From: an uncultured Pseudomonadota bacterium
GTDB lineage: Bacteria > Myxococcota_A > Polyangia > Fen-1088
Reading direction: 5' to 3'
Length of the DNA stretch: 64,000 nucleotides
Assembly (NCBI GenBank): GCA_963847705.1
Contig: CAWKBC010000032.1
Location: 320,001-384,000, forward strand
In this document: in pieces, positions 8,917 through 18,864 of the stretch
Layout of the letters: each line of letters opens with the position of its first letter
Numbering within the stretch: position 1 is the first letter of the stretch
Translations under genes and position numbers: made by a program
Notes under the pieces: model-generated
Databases searched by the model: none
What the model saw: only the letters and a program-made list of their open reading frames with translations
What the model was told of the DNA's origin: nothing

Positions 8917-9173
8917 GTTCGATTGTAGCCGATCACCACGGTGAGTACGGCGATCGCGAGCACGGCGACCATGGAGATCACGACCACCACCACGACGACC
9001 GCCACGGCCAGTAGCGCGACGACCAACAGCGCCGCGAGCGATGGGGTCTCCGAGATTCGGGCACAATTCTGAATTTCGGAGACTCCGATCGAACCCGTAC
9101 GCCAGCTGACGAGACCCGCCTCGACAGATCGCGCCTGGTCGGCGCAAATGTGCTCCTCGGTCTCGCCGGCTAC

Positions 9174-9905
9174 CTACGCCTCCACCGCCGCGAGCGGCCG
9201 GACGTCGATCTCCAGCGTGCCGCCCAGGATCGCGGCGTAGGTCCGGCACATGGCGATCGCCTCGTCCATCCCGGACAGCTCCAGCACCGCAAAGCCGCCG
9301 ATCAGCTCCTTCGATTCGGAGAATGGACCGTCGACCACCCGCAGGTCGTTGTTCTTGAACAGCAGCCGCTTGGCCTTCGCGCTCGGGTCGAGCCCGGTCG
9401 TTCGGACCAGGACGCCGGCCTTCGTCATCTCGGTTCGCAGCCGCGTGAGGTCGGCCTTCTGCTTGCTGCTGCGGCCGGCGGCCTCGGACGCCGCGTCGGC
9501 CTTGTCGATGAGAAGGATCTGCAGCGGCGGGTTCTCGGGCGCCGGCATGAGACCGATGTCCCACGGCTCGTTGACCTTCCCCAGCTCGATCTCGCCGCTG
9601 CCGAGGATCTTGCCGTAACGCTCGGCCCAGCCGATCGCCTCGTCGCGCGTCTTGACCTTCAACAGCAGGATCGCCGACGGCAGCTCGTGCTCGCCGCGGT
9701 AAGGGCCGTGCTTCACCGTGCAGGCGCCGTCGCGGAAGGTGAGCCGGGTGCGCGTGGCGCTTGCGCCCAGGCCCGCGCCGTCGATGAGGCTGCCGGCCTT
9801 GGCGTGTCCCCCGATGAACGCCCCCATCTTCTCGACGAGCTCCATCGGGGGCTTCTCGCCCGCCTCGGTCTTGGGATCGTTCTTGTGCATGATCATGAAG
9901 CGCAT
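9174..9905 (-). CDS. tandem YciI/DGPF domain protein
   Basis: Two repeats: HGPY..EHELPSA and VDGPFSESKELIGGF; MRFMI start. Confidence 0.9.
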   Translation of the reverse strand: MRFMIMHKNDPKTEAGEKPPMELVEKMGAFIGGHAKAGSLIDGAGLGASATRTRLTFRDGACTVKHGPYRGEHELPSAILLLKVKTRDEAIGWAERYGKILGSGEIELGKVNEPWDIGLMPAPENPPLQILLIDKADAASEAAGRSSKQKADLTRLRTEMTKAGVLVRTTGLDPSAKAKRLLFKNNDLRVVDGPFSESKELIGGFAVLELSGMDEAIAMCRTYAAILGGTLEIDVRPLAAVEA

Positions 9906-9950
9906 GGTCGTCTCCTGGTTGTCTTCTGGCGGTCTTGGTTGGCGGGTTTC

Positions 9951-10427
9951 TCAGTGGGTTTCTTGGCGCGTCTGGCGGAGGTGGGATGACGAGAGGATGA
10001 GCGCGCGCAGGCCGGGGCTGCGGAGGCTGTAGGCGATCCAGAGGATCGCACCCATCGCCACGGGGAACCAGAACGGCTGGCCCATCCGGACATGGGTGGC
10101 CGTGGCTCCCCCGAGGTAGGCCGTCAGCAGGAGCGCGCCGGTGAGCTGGGTGCGCGGAAGGAGGTGCAGCAGCGTCGAGAGCGCGAGCACCACGCCGAGC
10201 GGGCGGAGGACGCCGAGCGTGTAGCCGACCTTCAGAGTCCCCTCGACGTACGGCGCCAGCATCAGCAGCTTGCCGAGCGCATCGAACAGCAGGAAGGCCG
10301 CGCAGAGCCCGGTCAGCACGCGGCCGATCCAGAGCCCGGTCCGGGACGTTCGGACGACACGCGAGCTCGGCGCGCCGACGGGACTCGGGGCGCCGACTGA
10401 GATGGTTGGGTTGAGCACGTTCTCCAT
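9951..10427 (-). CDS. DoxX family membrane protein
   Basis: 4 TM; FDALGKL and GALLLTAYLGGATATHVR motifs; GGAGGA RBS. Confidence 0.88.
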   Translation of the reverse strand: MENVLNPTISVGAPSPVGAPSSRVVRTSRTGLWIGRVLTGLCAAFLLFDALGKLLMLAPYVEGTLKVGYTLGVLRPLGVVLALSTLLHLLPRTQLTGALLLTAYLGGATATHVRMGQPFWFPVAMGAILWIAYSLRSPGLRALILSSSHLRQTRQETH

Positions 10428-10485
10428 GACGATCCTCCGGTTCGAATTGGTTCCTGGCCGGCCCCTTGCCGGCTCCTGCTGACAC

Positions 10486-10512
10486 GACGAACCGCCCTCC
10501 CGTCGATCGACG
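10486..10512 (-). promoter_or_regulatory. putative ECF42-type sigma factor promoter
   Basis: Minus strand CGTCGA-N16-TCGTC upstream of doxX-yciI; resembles the published ECF42 consensus (TGTCGA / CG(A/T)C), whose targets are DGPF genes. Confidence 0.5.
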
Positions 10513-10612
10513 GGCGGAGTGATCTTTTTTCAACTAGCTGAAATGACACCACAAGGTCCCAGGCGCGCCGCGCTCGAAGGCCCCGTGATTACACTCTCGC
10601 CGAGGTGAGCCC

Positions 10613-10927
10613 ATGCCGACGCCGACGCCCAACCCCGTGAAGCTCAGTGAGACCGAGATCGCGACCGCCCTGTCGAAGCTGCCCGGGTGGACGCTGGCGG
10701 GTGGCAAGCTCCACCGTGAGTACAAGTTCGCCGATTTCGTGGCCGCGTTTGGATTCATGACCGGCGCCGCGCTGGTCGCCCAGGGGATGGACCATCACCC
10801 GGAGTGGTTCAACGTCTGGAACACGGTGCGCGTCGACCTCAGCACCCACGACGCCGGCGGGATCACCGCGCTGGACGTGAAGCTCGCGCACGCGATGGAG
10901 GCACTGGCCTCCCGCCTCGCGGGCTGA
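10613..10927 (+). CDS. phhB: pterin-4-alpha-carbinolamine dehydratase
   Basis: DHHPEW and STHDAGGIT.LD motifs; GAGGTG RBS. Confidence 0.93.
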   Translation: MPTPTPNPVKLSETEIATALSKLPGWTLAGGKLHREYKFADFVAAFGFMTGAALVAQGMDHHPEWFNVWNTVRVDLSTHDAGGITALDVKLAHAMEALASRLAG

Positions 10928-11120
10928 CCGATCGCGCGCAGCTGAAGGGCGCATGGACCGTCTGCGCGCGCCCGCGCAGGAAGGCCCGCGAAAGCTCGAG
11001 CATGACGTGAGCGGGCGTGCGCGCCGGGCGCTATCGCCGCATGGCCCCCAGATCCCTGCGCGCTGCCGATTGTGCCGCGGCGAATCGTGGCCATCATCTT
11101 GGTACCTCTGGAGGTGCCCC

Positions 11121-11699
11121 ATGAAGTGCTCCGACATCATGAACAAGAACGTCGAGTGGTTGACCGAGAAGGACACCATCCGCAAGGCCGCCACGGTGAT
11201 GGCGGAGACGGGTGTCGGTTTCCTGCCCATCTGCGACGCGGAGCAACGGGTGATCGGGGTCGTCACCGATCGCGACCTGACGACGCGGGCGCTGGCGAAG
11301 AAGCTCGATCCCGACACGACGTCCGCCGCGCTGGTGATGTCGTCGCCGGCCCTCACCTTCCTGGAGAGCGCCGAGGTCAGCGAGGCCGAGGCGCTGATGG
11401 CCACCGAGCGGAAGGCCCGCCTGGTGATCATCGACGCCGAGGAGAAGTTGACCGGAGTGCTCGACCTGGCCGATATCGTCGAGTCGGCGCCGGGGCGTCA
11501 GAGTCTGCAGACCGTCCGCGCCATCATGTGGCGTGAGGCGCTGGGCCCACGCGGGGGCGCCGCGCGCGGCGAGCCGCTCTTGAAGGACGACCCGGACGTG
11601 AGGGAAGCGCCGCTTGCGTCGGACGACGCCACGGTGCGCCCGACCGTTTTCGTCGGCGCGCACCGCAGCACCGACACCAGCGAATTCCCCGGCCGCTAG
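11121..11699 (+). CDS. CBS domain pair protein
   Basis: MKCSDIM, GFLPIC, GVVTDRD; GGAGG RBS; C-terminal extension. Confidence 0.88.
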   Translation: MKCSDIMNKNVEWLTEKDTIRKAATVMAETGVGFLPICDAEQRVIGVVTDRDLTTRALAKKLDPDTTSAALVMSSPALTFLESAEVSEAEALMATERKARLVIIDAEEKLTGVLDLADIVESAPGRQSLQTVRAIMWREALGPRGGAARGEPLLKDDPDVREAPLASDDATVRPTVFVGAHRSTDTSEFPGR

Positions 11700-13075
11700 T
11701 CGGCGGACGAGAAGATCACCAGACCGGCGTCCTGCTCGGCGCTGGGGGCCGCGGCCCGCGCCCGGACCACCGCGGCGGTCTCCTCTTCGATGCGCGGGAA
11801 GGTGTACAGAACGCGCCCCTGCTCGTCGGGCTCGGAAGCGATGTCGCCGCCGAGCGCCACCAGCTCCCGGTCGAGCGCGGCCGCCAGCTCGGGCGTGGGG
11901 GCCAGCTCCTCCCGCGGCCGCGCGAGCGTGCGGGCGAAGATCCGGCCCAGCAGCTCCCGCCGCTCGTTCCGCGCGCGGAGCCGGCGCGCCTCGCGGCGGG
12001 CCTTGAGCCAGCGTCCGGCGGGGATGGCGAAGAACAGCGCGGAGAACGCCAGCGGGAAGTCCCAGAGCAGGAATTGCCAGCCCGCCAGCGAGACGTGGAG
12101 GCGTGCCTCGAACGCCGGCACGATCCAGAACGGCGCCAGCAGATTGAAGCCGTTGAACCCGGCGATCATCGCGTTCGTCCCCGGGTCGTTGCCGGTGAGC
12201 GGCGCCGGCCTCTCCAGCCGCCCCGGGGCCCAGCAGGGCGCGCTGGCCTCGAGGGCGCTCCCCGTGCCCGCGGTCTTGCGCACCGCCTTGAAGGTGTACA
12301 GAACCACGCCCTCCTCGGTGACCTCCGGCTCGCCGCCGTAGTCGATCATCAGCCGCGTCACCTCCTGCTCGGCGCGCGGGAAGGTCCACCCCATGAGCCG
12401 CACCAGGTCGACAGCGGCGATCCGCCCGCGCTGCGCCCGGATGTAGCCCACGATCTGCTTTTCCTCGGCCAGCGGATCCTCCGCTGGCCTGGGCGGCCCG
12501 AACACGAAGGCGAAGACCCGCTTGTAGAGCGGCTCGCGAGGGGGCCGCGCGAAACGGGCCCGCGAGCGGCCATAGCCGTTCGCGCCCATGTCCCACCCCC
12601 AGAACCAGAGCAGGCCGTCGAAGCCGAAGCCGCCGTCGTCGTCACGATCGGACGAGCCGCTGCGCGCGAAGATCATCGCCACCATCATCGCCACGAACGC
12701 CACGAAGTAGCTGACCAGCGTGGTCACGATCGCCACCTTGAACAGGAACTTGAAGCCCGTCCAGAGACGGCTCCCCACGGCGGCGGCCCGTTCGCGCCAC
12801 GACAGCGCGTCACGCCGCTCGAACGCCGGATCGAACTCGTAGAGCAGCTCCCCGCTCTCGGTCGCGCTGAGGTGGCTGCGGTACTCCTTGAGCAGCGCGG
12901 TCAGCGCCTGCCCCGCCTCCTCCTCGGAGAGACCCGAGGCGACGACGGCGTCCGCGCGGGTCAGCTTGGCGTCGCGCCCGCGCAGCGCCGTCATCATCAG
13001 GAGCTTCGCGCGCTCGGGGGTGTGCCCCTTCCTGTCGAGCGTCGCTTGCGTCGGTTGCCTCGGTTCAGTGCTCAC
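11696..13075 (-). CDS. conserved hypothetical membrane protein resembling the cyanobacterial/plastid At5g03900-like family
   Basis: Three repeats of (E/D)..G.(V/L)LY.F, VFAFVFG, two TM hairpins; family assignment from memory. Confidence 0.65.
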   Translation of the reverse strand: MSTEPRQPTQATLDRKGHTPERAKLLMMTALRGRDAKLTRADAVVASGLSEEEAGQALTALLKEYRSHLSATESGELLYEFDPAFERRDALSWRERAAAVGSRLWTGFKFLFKVAIVTTLVSYFVAFVAMMVAMIFARSGSSDRDDDGGFGFDGLLWFWGWDMGANGYGRSRARFARPPREPLYKRVFAFVFGPPRPAEDPLAEEKQIVGYIRAQRGRIAAVDLVRLMGWTFPRAEQEVTRLMIDYGGEPEVTEEGVVLYTFKAVRKTAGTGSALEASAPCWAPGRLERPAPLTGNDPGTNAMIAGFNGFNLLAPFWIVPAFEARLHVSLAGWQFLLWDFPLAFSALFFAIPAGRWLKARREARRLRARNERRELLGRIFARTLARPREELAPTPELAAALDRELVALGGDIASEPDEQGRVLYTFPRIEEETAAVVRARAAAPSAEQDAGLVIFSSAD

Positions 13076-13155
13076 GGTGGTCCGCCATTCTACGATCTAG
13101 AATCCCGGTATTCCCGTCCGGGCTCGGAGGATGGCGCCAGGCGACGGCGAGCGCC

Positions 13156-13908
13156 CTAGAGGTCGAGCTCCGGGTAGCGCCGGAAGATGCCGTGCTCGTT
13201 GAAGGGGATCCGGCGCGGCGAGGCCAGGTAGGCGGCGACCGCGGGGACGGCGGCGACGCTGTCACGCAGCGCGAGCAGGCGCGGGAGCTTGCCGGCCGTG
13301 GCCATCCTGGCGAGCGCGCGGGGGAAGGCGTACCCCAGGCCGGACATGATCTGAAAAAGAGAGAGATCGAGGTACGACAGCGCGGCCCCGACCGCGTGGC
13401 GGCCGCCCGCGGCAGCGTTGGTCTCCAGCACCCGCTCGAAGTAACCGAGGTACTTCGGAATCCGATTCTTCACGAACAGGTCCGCCCGGCGCGAGGCCTC
13501 CGGTTTCTGATCGTCGTAGTAGAGGCTGGAGGCGATCGGGTGATGCGCGTCGTGCGCCTCCACCACGAAGTCGGAGATGGTCAGCTGGAGGTGGTTGGCC
13601 TTCAGGCGGCTCGCCTCGTCTTCGGGGACCAGGCCGAGGCGCGGCCCGAGGTACTGGAGGATGGCGCCGGTCTGCGACAACGTCACGCCGCCGTGGCGCA
13701 GGATCGGCGGCGCGAAGAAGGGGCCGCCGCCCGAGGTCTCGGCGAGCAGAGCCGTGAGCACCTTCACGCCGCCGCCCTCCGCGGCCGGCAGCCGCGCGAC
13801 GTCGACGTAGGGCGCGCGCCCGGCCTCGAGCGCCAGCCGCACGAACTCGCCGCGCCCCTGGATCGACGGCCAATAGAAGAGCTCATACGTCTCACCCGCT
13901 GCCGCCAT
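13156..13908 (-). CDS. glutathione S-transferase
   Basis: YELFYWP.IQGRGEFVRL, FAPP, SQT.AIL.YL; C-terminal GIFRRYPELD. Confidence 0.9.
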   Translation of the reverse strand: MAAAGETYELFYWPSIQGRGEFVRLALEAGRAPYVDVARLPAAEGGGVKVLTALLAETSGGGPFFAPPILRHGGVTLSQTGAILQYLGPRLGLVPEDEASRLKANHLQLTISDFVVEAHDAHHPIASSLYYDDQKPEASRRADLFVKNRIPKYLGYFERVLETNAAAGGRHAVGAALSYLDLSLFQIMSGLGYAFPRALARMATAGKLPRLLALRDSVAAVPAVAAYLASPRRIPFNEHGIFRRYPELDL

Positions 13909-14027
13909 GCCTGGAACTATACCTGGGCCTAGTGCGAGCCCGCACATTGAAACCAGCGATTGGCACACTACAGTTGCCTGTGATTGGGCGGCCGGACAGT
14001 CGGTTGACCCAGGCGCGGAGGTCAGCA

Positions 14028-15391
14028 GTGGATGTAAGGACGAGCCGCCAGTTGGTGCGCGTTGCGTTCGCTCTCGTCGCGACCGTCGTGCTCGTCGTGA
14101 CGGCCTTCGCGATGGCGCAGATCCGCGGGCTCGAAGACAGCGCGCGCGACATCGTGCAGAACATGCTGACCAGCGTCCGTCTGCTGGGGGAGCTGGAGAG
14201 CGAGGTGAAGACGAAGGAGATCCTCGTCAACGAGCACATCCTCGCTTCCGAGGCCGCGGACCGGGCGCGCCTGGAGACGCAGATCGCCTCCGTCGAAGCG
14301 CAGATCGCGGCGACGGCGCGCGCCTACGAGCCCTGGGTCAGCCTCCCCGGCGAGCGAGCCGCCTGGACCCAGGCACAAAAAGATCTGAAGAACCTGGACG
14401 GTCCGATCGCGCGCGTGGTGGCGTTTTCCCGGGAGAACCTGGACACCGAGGCCCGGTGGGCGATGGAGCAGACCACCGGCCTCTTCGCCCGCGTGAGCCA
14501 GGACTTCGACCGCCTCATCTCCATCAACGACACGGGCGCCACGCAGAGCTTGGCGGCGGTCCTGGCGATCCGGCGCCGCCTGATGATCACGCTCCTGGCG
14601 GCCGGGCTGCTGGCCATCGCCGGGATCGCAGGGGTGGGAACCTGGGCCGAGCGCCGGGTCGCCCATCGGGAAGAGGAGGCCGCGCGCGGGGCCCGGCTGC
14701 TCGAAGACCGGAACCGCGAGCTCGACGCCTTCGCGGGGCGGGTGGCGCACGACATTCGGAACCCCCTGATGGTCATCCACCTGGCGTCCGACCAGCTCGC
14801 GTCGATCGTCCCCCCCGATGCGCGGCCGGCGGACCTCCTCCAGCGCGGCGTGCGTCGCATGGAGACGCTGGTCGAGGATCTGCTGACCCTCTCGCGCGTC
14901 GAGGGGCAGGTGCGCGGCTCCTGCGATCCGGCCCGGGTGGCGGCCCAGATTCAGGAGGACTTCGCGGCGCGCTTCGAGGGTGCCAGGGGGCGACTGCGGG
15001 TGGCGGTGACGCCCGCCGCGGTGTCGTGCAGCGAGGGGCTGCTGCAACAGGTGCTGGCCAACCTGACGGAGAATGCCATGAAGTACCAGCGTCCCGACGC
15101 CACCCCGGAGGTGGAGATTCTCAGGAGGCGCGGTCGACGACCGGTACGATTCTGCGGGTCTCCGACAACGGCCTCGGGATGTCGAAGGACGACGCGGGCC
15201 GGGTGTTCGAACCGTTCTATCGCTCGCCGCGAACGCAGGAGCTCCCGGGGACGGGCCTGGGACTGTCGATCGTCAATCGGGTCGTCCAGGCGAGCGGCGG
15301 CACCCTCTCCGTCGAGACCGAGCTCGGACGAGGGTCGACCTTCATCGTCCGTCTCCCGAGAGTCGACGCGCCCCAGCCTCAGCGCCCCTAG
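14028..15391 (+). CDS. membrane sensor histidine kinase (4HB sensor, HisKA, HATPase), frameshifted at about 15116-15152
   Basis: TM-helical sensor-TM, VAHDIRNPL and NLTENAMKY in one frame; DNGLG, FEPF and GTGLGL in another. Removing two T's restores VEISGGAVDDRYDLRVSDNG. Confidence 0.85.
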
Positions 15392-15392
15392 G

Positions 15393-18300
15393 CTAGATGC
15401 AGGTCAGCGCCACCGGGTCGCACATCGTCGGGCACATCGTCGGCGTCACGGCTGGACAGGCGCTGCTGAGGCCGTTGCAGCTGCTCGCCGGGATGGCCGA
15501 GAACCCGTCCGCGCTGCACGCCGCGGGAGAACAGACGACGCTGGTCGAGGCGAAGCCGTCCGACGGGCAGGCGGCCGAGCTCCCCGTACAGCTCTCCGCC
15601 ACGTCGCAGACTCCCGCCGCTGGCCGACAGACCGTGGACGAGGAGGCGAGCACGTCTGCCGGGCAGGCCGTCGAGGTCCCGGTGCAATTCTCCGCCACGT
15701 CGCACACGCCTGCCGACGGTCGGCAGACCGTCGTCGACGACGCGAAGCCGTCCGCCGGGCAGGTCGTGGAGCTCCCCGTGCATTTCTCCGCCACGTCGCA
15801 CACGCCGTTCTGCGCGCGACAGACCGTGGTCGCCGGCGCCAGCGCGTCCGCCGGGCAGGCCGTGGAGGTCCCGGTGCAATTCTCCGCCACGTCGCAGGCC
15901 CCTGCCGAGGGGCGGCAGACGGTCGTCGCCGGCGCCAGCACGTCCGCCGGGCACGCTCCCGAGGTCCCGGTGCATTTCTCGGCGATGTCGCAGACGCTCA
16001 CCGCCCCACGGCAGACCGTGGTCGCCGGCGCGAAGGCGTCGGCCGGGCAGGTCGAGGAGGCACCCGTGCAGTTCTCGGCCACGTCGCAGGTCCCCGTCGA
16101 CGCGCGACAGACCGTCGACGACGGCGCGAAGCCGTCCGCCGGGCAGACGGAGGAGGTCCCGGTGCACTTCTCGGCCACGTCGCAGGTCCCCGTCGACGCG
16201 CGACAGACCGTCGACGACGACGCGAAGGCGTCCGTCGGGCAGTTGACCGAGGTTCCCGTGCAGGTCTCCGCGACGTCGCAGGTGCTCACCGCCGCCCGAC
16301 AGACCGTCGACGACGGCGCCAGCGCGTCGGCCGGGCAGGCCGCCGAGGTGCCGGTGCACTTCTCGGCCACGTCGCAGGCGCCGGCCGCCGCCCGGCAAAT
16401 GGTCGTCGCGGATGCCAGCGCGTCGGCCGGGCAGTCGAGTGACGTCCCGTTACAGGTCTCGGCCACGTCGCAGGCGCCGTTCGCGGCGCGGCAGACCTTC
16501 CCGGAGGCCACCGGCGAGCAGGTCCCGACCTTGCCCGTCAGATTGCAGGACGAGCAGGCCCCCGTGCAGGCGGTGTTGCAGCAGATGCCGCTGACGCAGG
16601 TCAACCCGGAGGCGCACTGGCTGGTCGCTCCGCAGACGCCGCCTTGAACCTGGAACCCGCAGCCGCCGTTGGCGCAGATCCCCGGGCAGCTCATGGTGGC
16701 CACCGTGGCGCAATTGCCCGCGCCGTCGCACTTGGCCGCCGGCGTGAGCGTCGTCGTGGGGGTGCCGTTCGAGCAGGTGGCCGCCTTGCACTGGGTCCCG
16801 GCGGGCCACTTCGCGCACTGCCCCGACACGCACTGTCCCGTCGTGCCGCAGCCCGACTGGTCTTGCAGGGCGCACATCGACTGGGGATCCGAGCTGGCGG
16901 TGATGCCCACGCAGGTTCCCAGGCTGCCGGCGATGTTGCAGGCGTGGCAGGCGCTGTTGCAGGCCGTTCCGCAGCAGACGCCCTGGGCGCACTGCCCGCT
17001 CGTGCACTGGTTGTTGTTTCCGCACGGTTGGCCGTTGGGCTTGGTGCCGCAGGAGCCGGCCACGCCGTTCATTCCGCAGGTGTTGGGCGACACGCACTGC
17101 GCGTCGTTGCTGCAGGCGGTGTAACAGGCGCTGGTGTTGCACTGATACGGGCCGCAGGTGGTGGCGGCCGGTCGCGTGCAGGTGCCGGAGCTGTTGCAGG
17201 TCCACTGCGCGGTGTAGTTGCTCCCCGAGCAGCTCTCGGGCGCGCAGACGGTGCCTGCCGGGTACTTGCGGCAGGCGCCCGCGCCGTCACACTTGCCGTC
17301 CGTGCCGCACGTGGCAGCCGTCGCGTCCGTGCAGACACCATGCGGATCGGCCCCGCCGGCGGCGATCGACGTGCAGGTGCCGAGCGAGCCGGGAACCGCG
17401 CAGCTGCGGCAGGCCCCCGTGCAGGTGGTGGCGCAGCAGACCCCGTCCGCGCAGTGCCCGTTCACGCAGTCGGCGTCGGCCGTACAGGTCTGGCCGTCCA
17501 CCTTCTTCCCGCAGGTCCCGACGGTGCCCCCGGTCGGCACCGTGCAGCTGTGCCCGGGCGCGCAGTCGGCCTGGCTGGAGCAGTATTCGGTGCAGGCGCC
17601 GTTCGCGCAGGCGAAGTTTCCGCAGCTGAACGTCTTGGCCAGCTGACAGGTCCCCAGGCCGTCGCAGGTCTGCGTGGACTTGCCGGAGGTGGCGTCGACA
17701 CAGACCGCCGGGCCGCAGGCGGTGTTGACGGGATAGAGGGGGCAGCCCCCCTGACCGTCGCACATCCCGGTCGTTCCGCAGGTCGTGGGGTCCTGCTTGG
17801 GACAGAGCGGGTGTGACTGGCCGGCGGGGGTCGGTGTGCAGACACCAGGCGATCCGACCTGATTGCAGGACTGACAGGCCCCACCGCAGGCGGTGTTGCA
17901 GCAGACCCCGTCGGCGCAATGCTTCGAGTCGCATTCCGCATCGGCGCTGCACGAAACGCCGGGGGCCTTCGGTCCGCAGCTCCCGCCCAGACACTTGACG
18001 GGGGCGACGCAGTCCGCGTCGGAGCTGCACGTCGCCTTGCACTGGTTGCTGGTCGTGTTGCAAAGGAAGGGCGCGCAGACGGTGATCGCGCCCGCGCGGC
18101 AAACGCCGCTGCCGTCGCAGACGAACGTGCCGGCGACCTCGGCGCCCTGACAGGTGCCCGGGGTGCAGACCGTGTTGAGCGGATAGAGCCCGCAGGCTCC
18201 CTTGCCGTCGCAGGTTCCGTCCTTCCCGCAGCTCCCTTTCGGGTCGGGCTGACATTGCGTCGGGTCGCTCGGCTTGACGCCTGCGGCGACCATCGTGCAC

Positions 18301-18638
18301 ATGCCGAGCGACATCGTCTGCGCGCAGGTCTCGCAGGTTCCCTGGCAGGCGGTGTTGCAGCAGTAACCCTCGACGCAGAACTTGCTCTTGCACTGCGCAG
18401 AGCAGGTGCAGGCGAGGCCGTTGTCTCGGGTCGCGGTGCTACAGGAAGCGTCCGCGCCGCCCGACCCCGCATCGGTCCCGCCGTCGGGCCGTCGCGCGGC
18501 CCCGCCCTGACCACCCTCAGCGCCTACGCCTCCGGCTGCGCCTCCGCCCCCGTCCGGACGGCCCCCCGATCCCGGCGAGCTCGAACAGGCCGACGCCAAC
18601 AGCACCAGAAGCGCAATTCCACCCGCAAAGCGATTCAC
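15393..18638 (-). CDS. large Cys-rich repeat lipoprotein with disintegrin-like repeats
   Basis: Lipobox LASAC, Gly linker, five G.CC...C...C..C modules, then 10 x 32-aa CRxxxGxCDVAExCTGxSxxCPAD repeats. Confidence 0.85.
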   Translation of the reverse strand: MNRFAGGIALLVLLASACSSSPGSGGRPDGGGGAAGGVGAEGGQGGAARRPDGGTDAGSGGADASCSTATRDNGLACTCSAQCKSKFCVEGYCCNTACQGTCETCAQTMSLGMCTMVAAGVKPSDPTQCQPDPKGSCGKDGTCDGKGACGLYPLNTVCTPGTCQGAEVAGTFVCDGSGVCRAGAITVCAPFLCNTTSNQCKATCSSDADCVAPVKCLGGSCGPKAPGVSCSADAECDSKHCADGVCCNTACGGACQSCNQVGSPGVCTPTPAGQSHPLCPKQDPTTCGTTGMCDGQGGCPLYPVNTACGPAVCVDATSGKSTQTCDGLGTCQLAKTFSCGNFACANGACTEYCSSQADCAPGHSCTVPTGGTVGTCGKKVDGQTCTADADCVNGHCADGVCCATTCTGACRSCAVPGSLGTCTSIAAGGADPHGVCTDATAATCGTDGKCDGAGACRKYPAGTVCAPESCSGSNYTAQWTCNSSGTCTRPAATTCGPYQCNTSACYTACSNDAQCVSPNTCGMNGVAGSCGTKPNGQPCGNNNQCTSGQCAQGVCCGTACNSACHACNIAGSLGTCVGITASSDPQSMCALQDQSGCGTTGQCVSGQCAKWPAGTQCKAATCSNGTPTTTLTPAAKCDGAGNCATVATMSCPGICANGGCGFQVQGGVCGATSQCASGLTCVSGICCNTACTGACSSCNLTGKVGTCSPVASGKVCRAANGACDVAETCNGTSLDCPADALASATTICRAAAGACDVAEKCTGTSAACPADALAPSSTVCRAAVSTCDVAETCTGTSVNCPTDAFASSSTVCRASTGTCDVAEKCTGTSSVCPADGFAPSSTVCRASTGTCDVAENCTGASSTCPADAFAPATTVCRGAVSVCDIAEKCTGTSGACPADVLAPATTVCRPSAGACDVAENCTGTSTACPADALAPATTVCRAQNGVCDVAEKCTGSSTTCPADGFASSTTVCRPSAGVCDVAENCTGTSTACPADVLASSSTVCRPAAGVCDVAESCTGSSAACPSDGFASTSVVCSPAACSADGFSAIPASSCNGLSSACPAVTPTMCPTMCDPVALTCI
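15534..16493 (-). repeat. ten 96-bp coding repeats (disintegrin-like)
   Basis: Exact 32-aa periodicity from CRAANG (16493) to just before CSPAAC. Confidence 0.92.
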
Positions 18639-18864
18639 GTTTCCCCCAACTACAGTTTTCAAAGATGTATGGTGCGATATTACATTTCGCACACCCTCGT
18701 ACTAGGGGGAAACGCCCCTCCACGCACGAATTCCCGTCAAAAAATCGCTGTCGGAGTCGGCGATTTCGACGCAGGCGGACAGCCGGACACCCGTTCCTGG
18801 CCCCGCTGCGCTCAGCAGCCCGGTCCTGGGCTCGGTCGTCCTGCTCGGGTCCGATCCTGCGTCC

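Noticed and set aside
13932-16442. 836-aa kinase fusion ORF
   Set aside because: It is produced by the frameshift; the C-terminal part is an antisense read of the disintegrin repeats.
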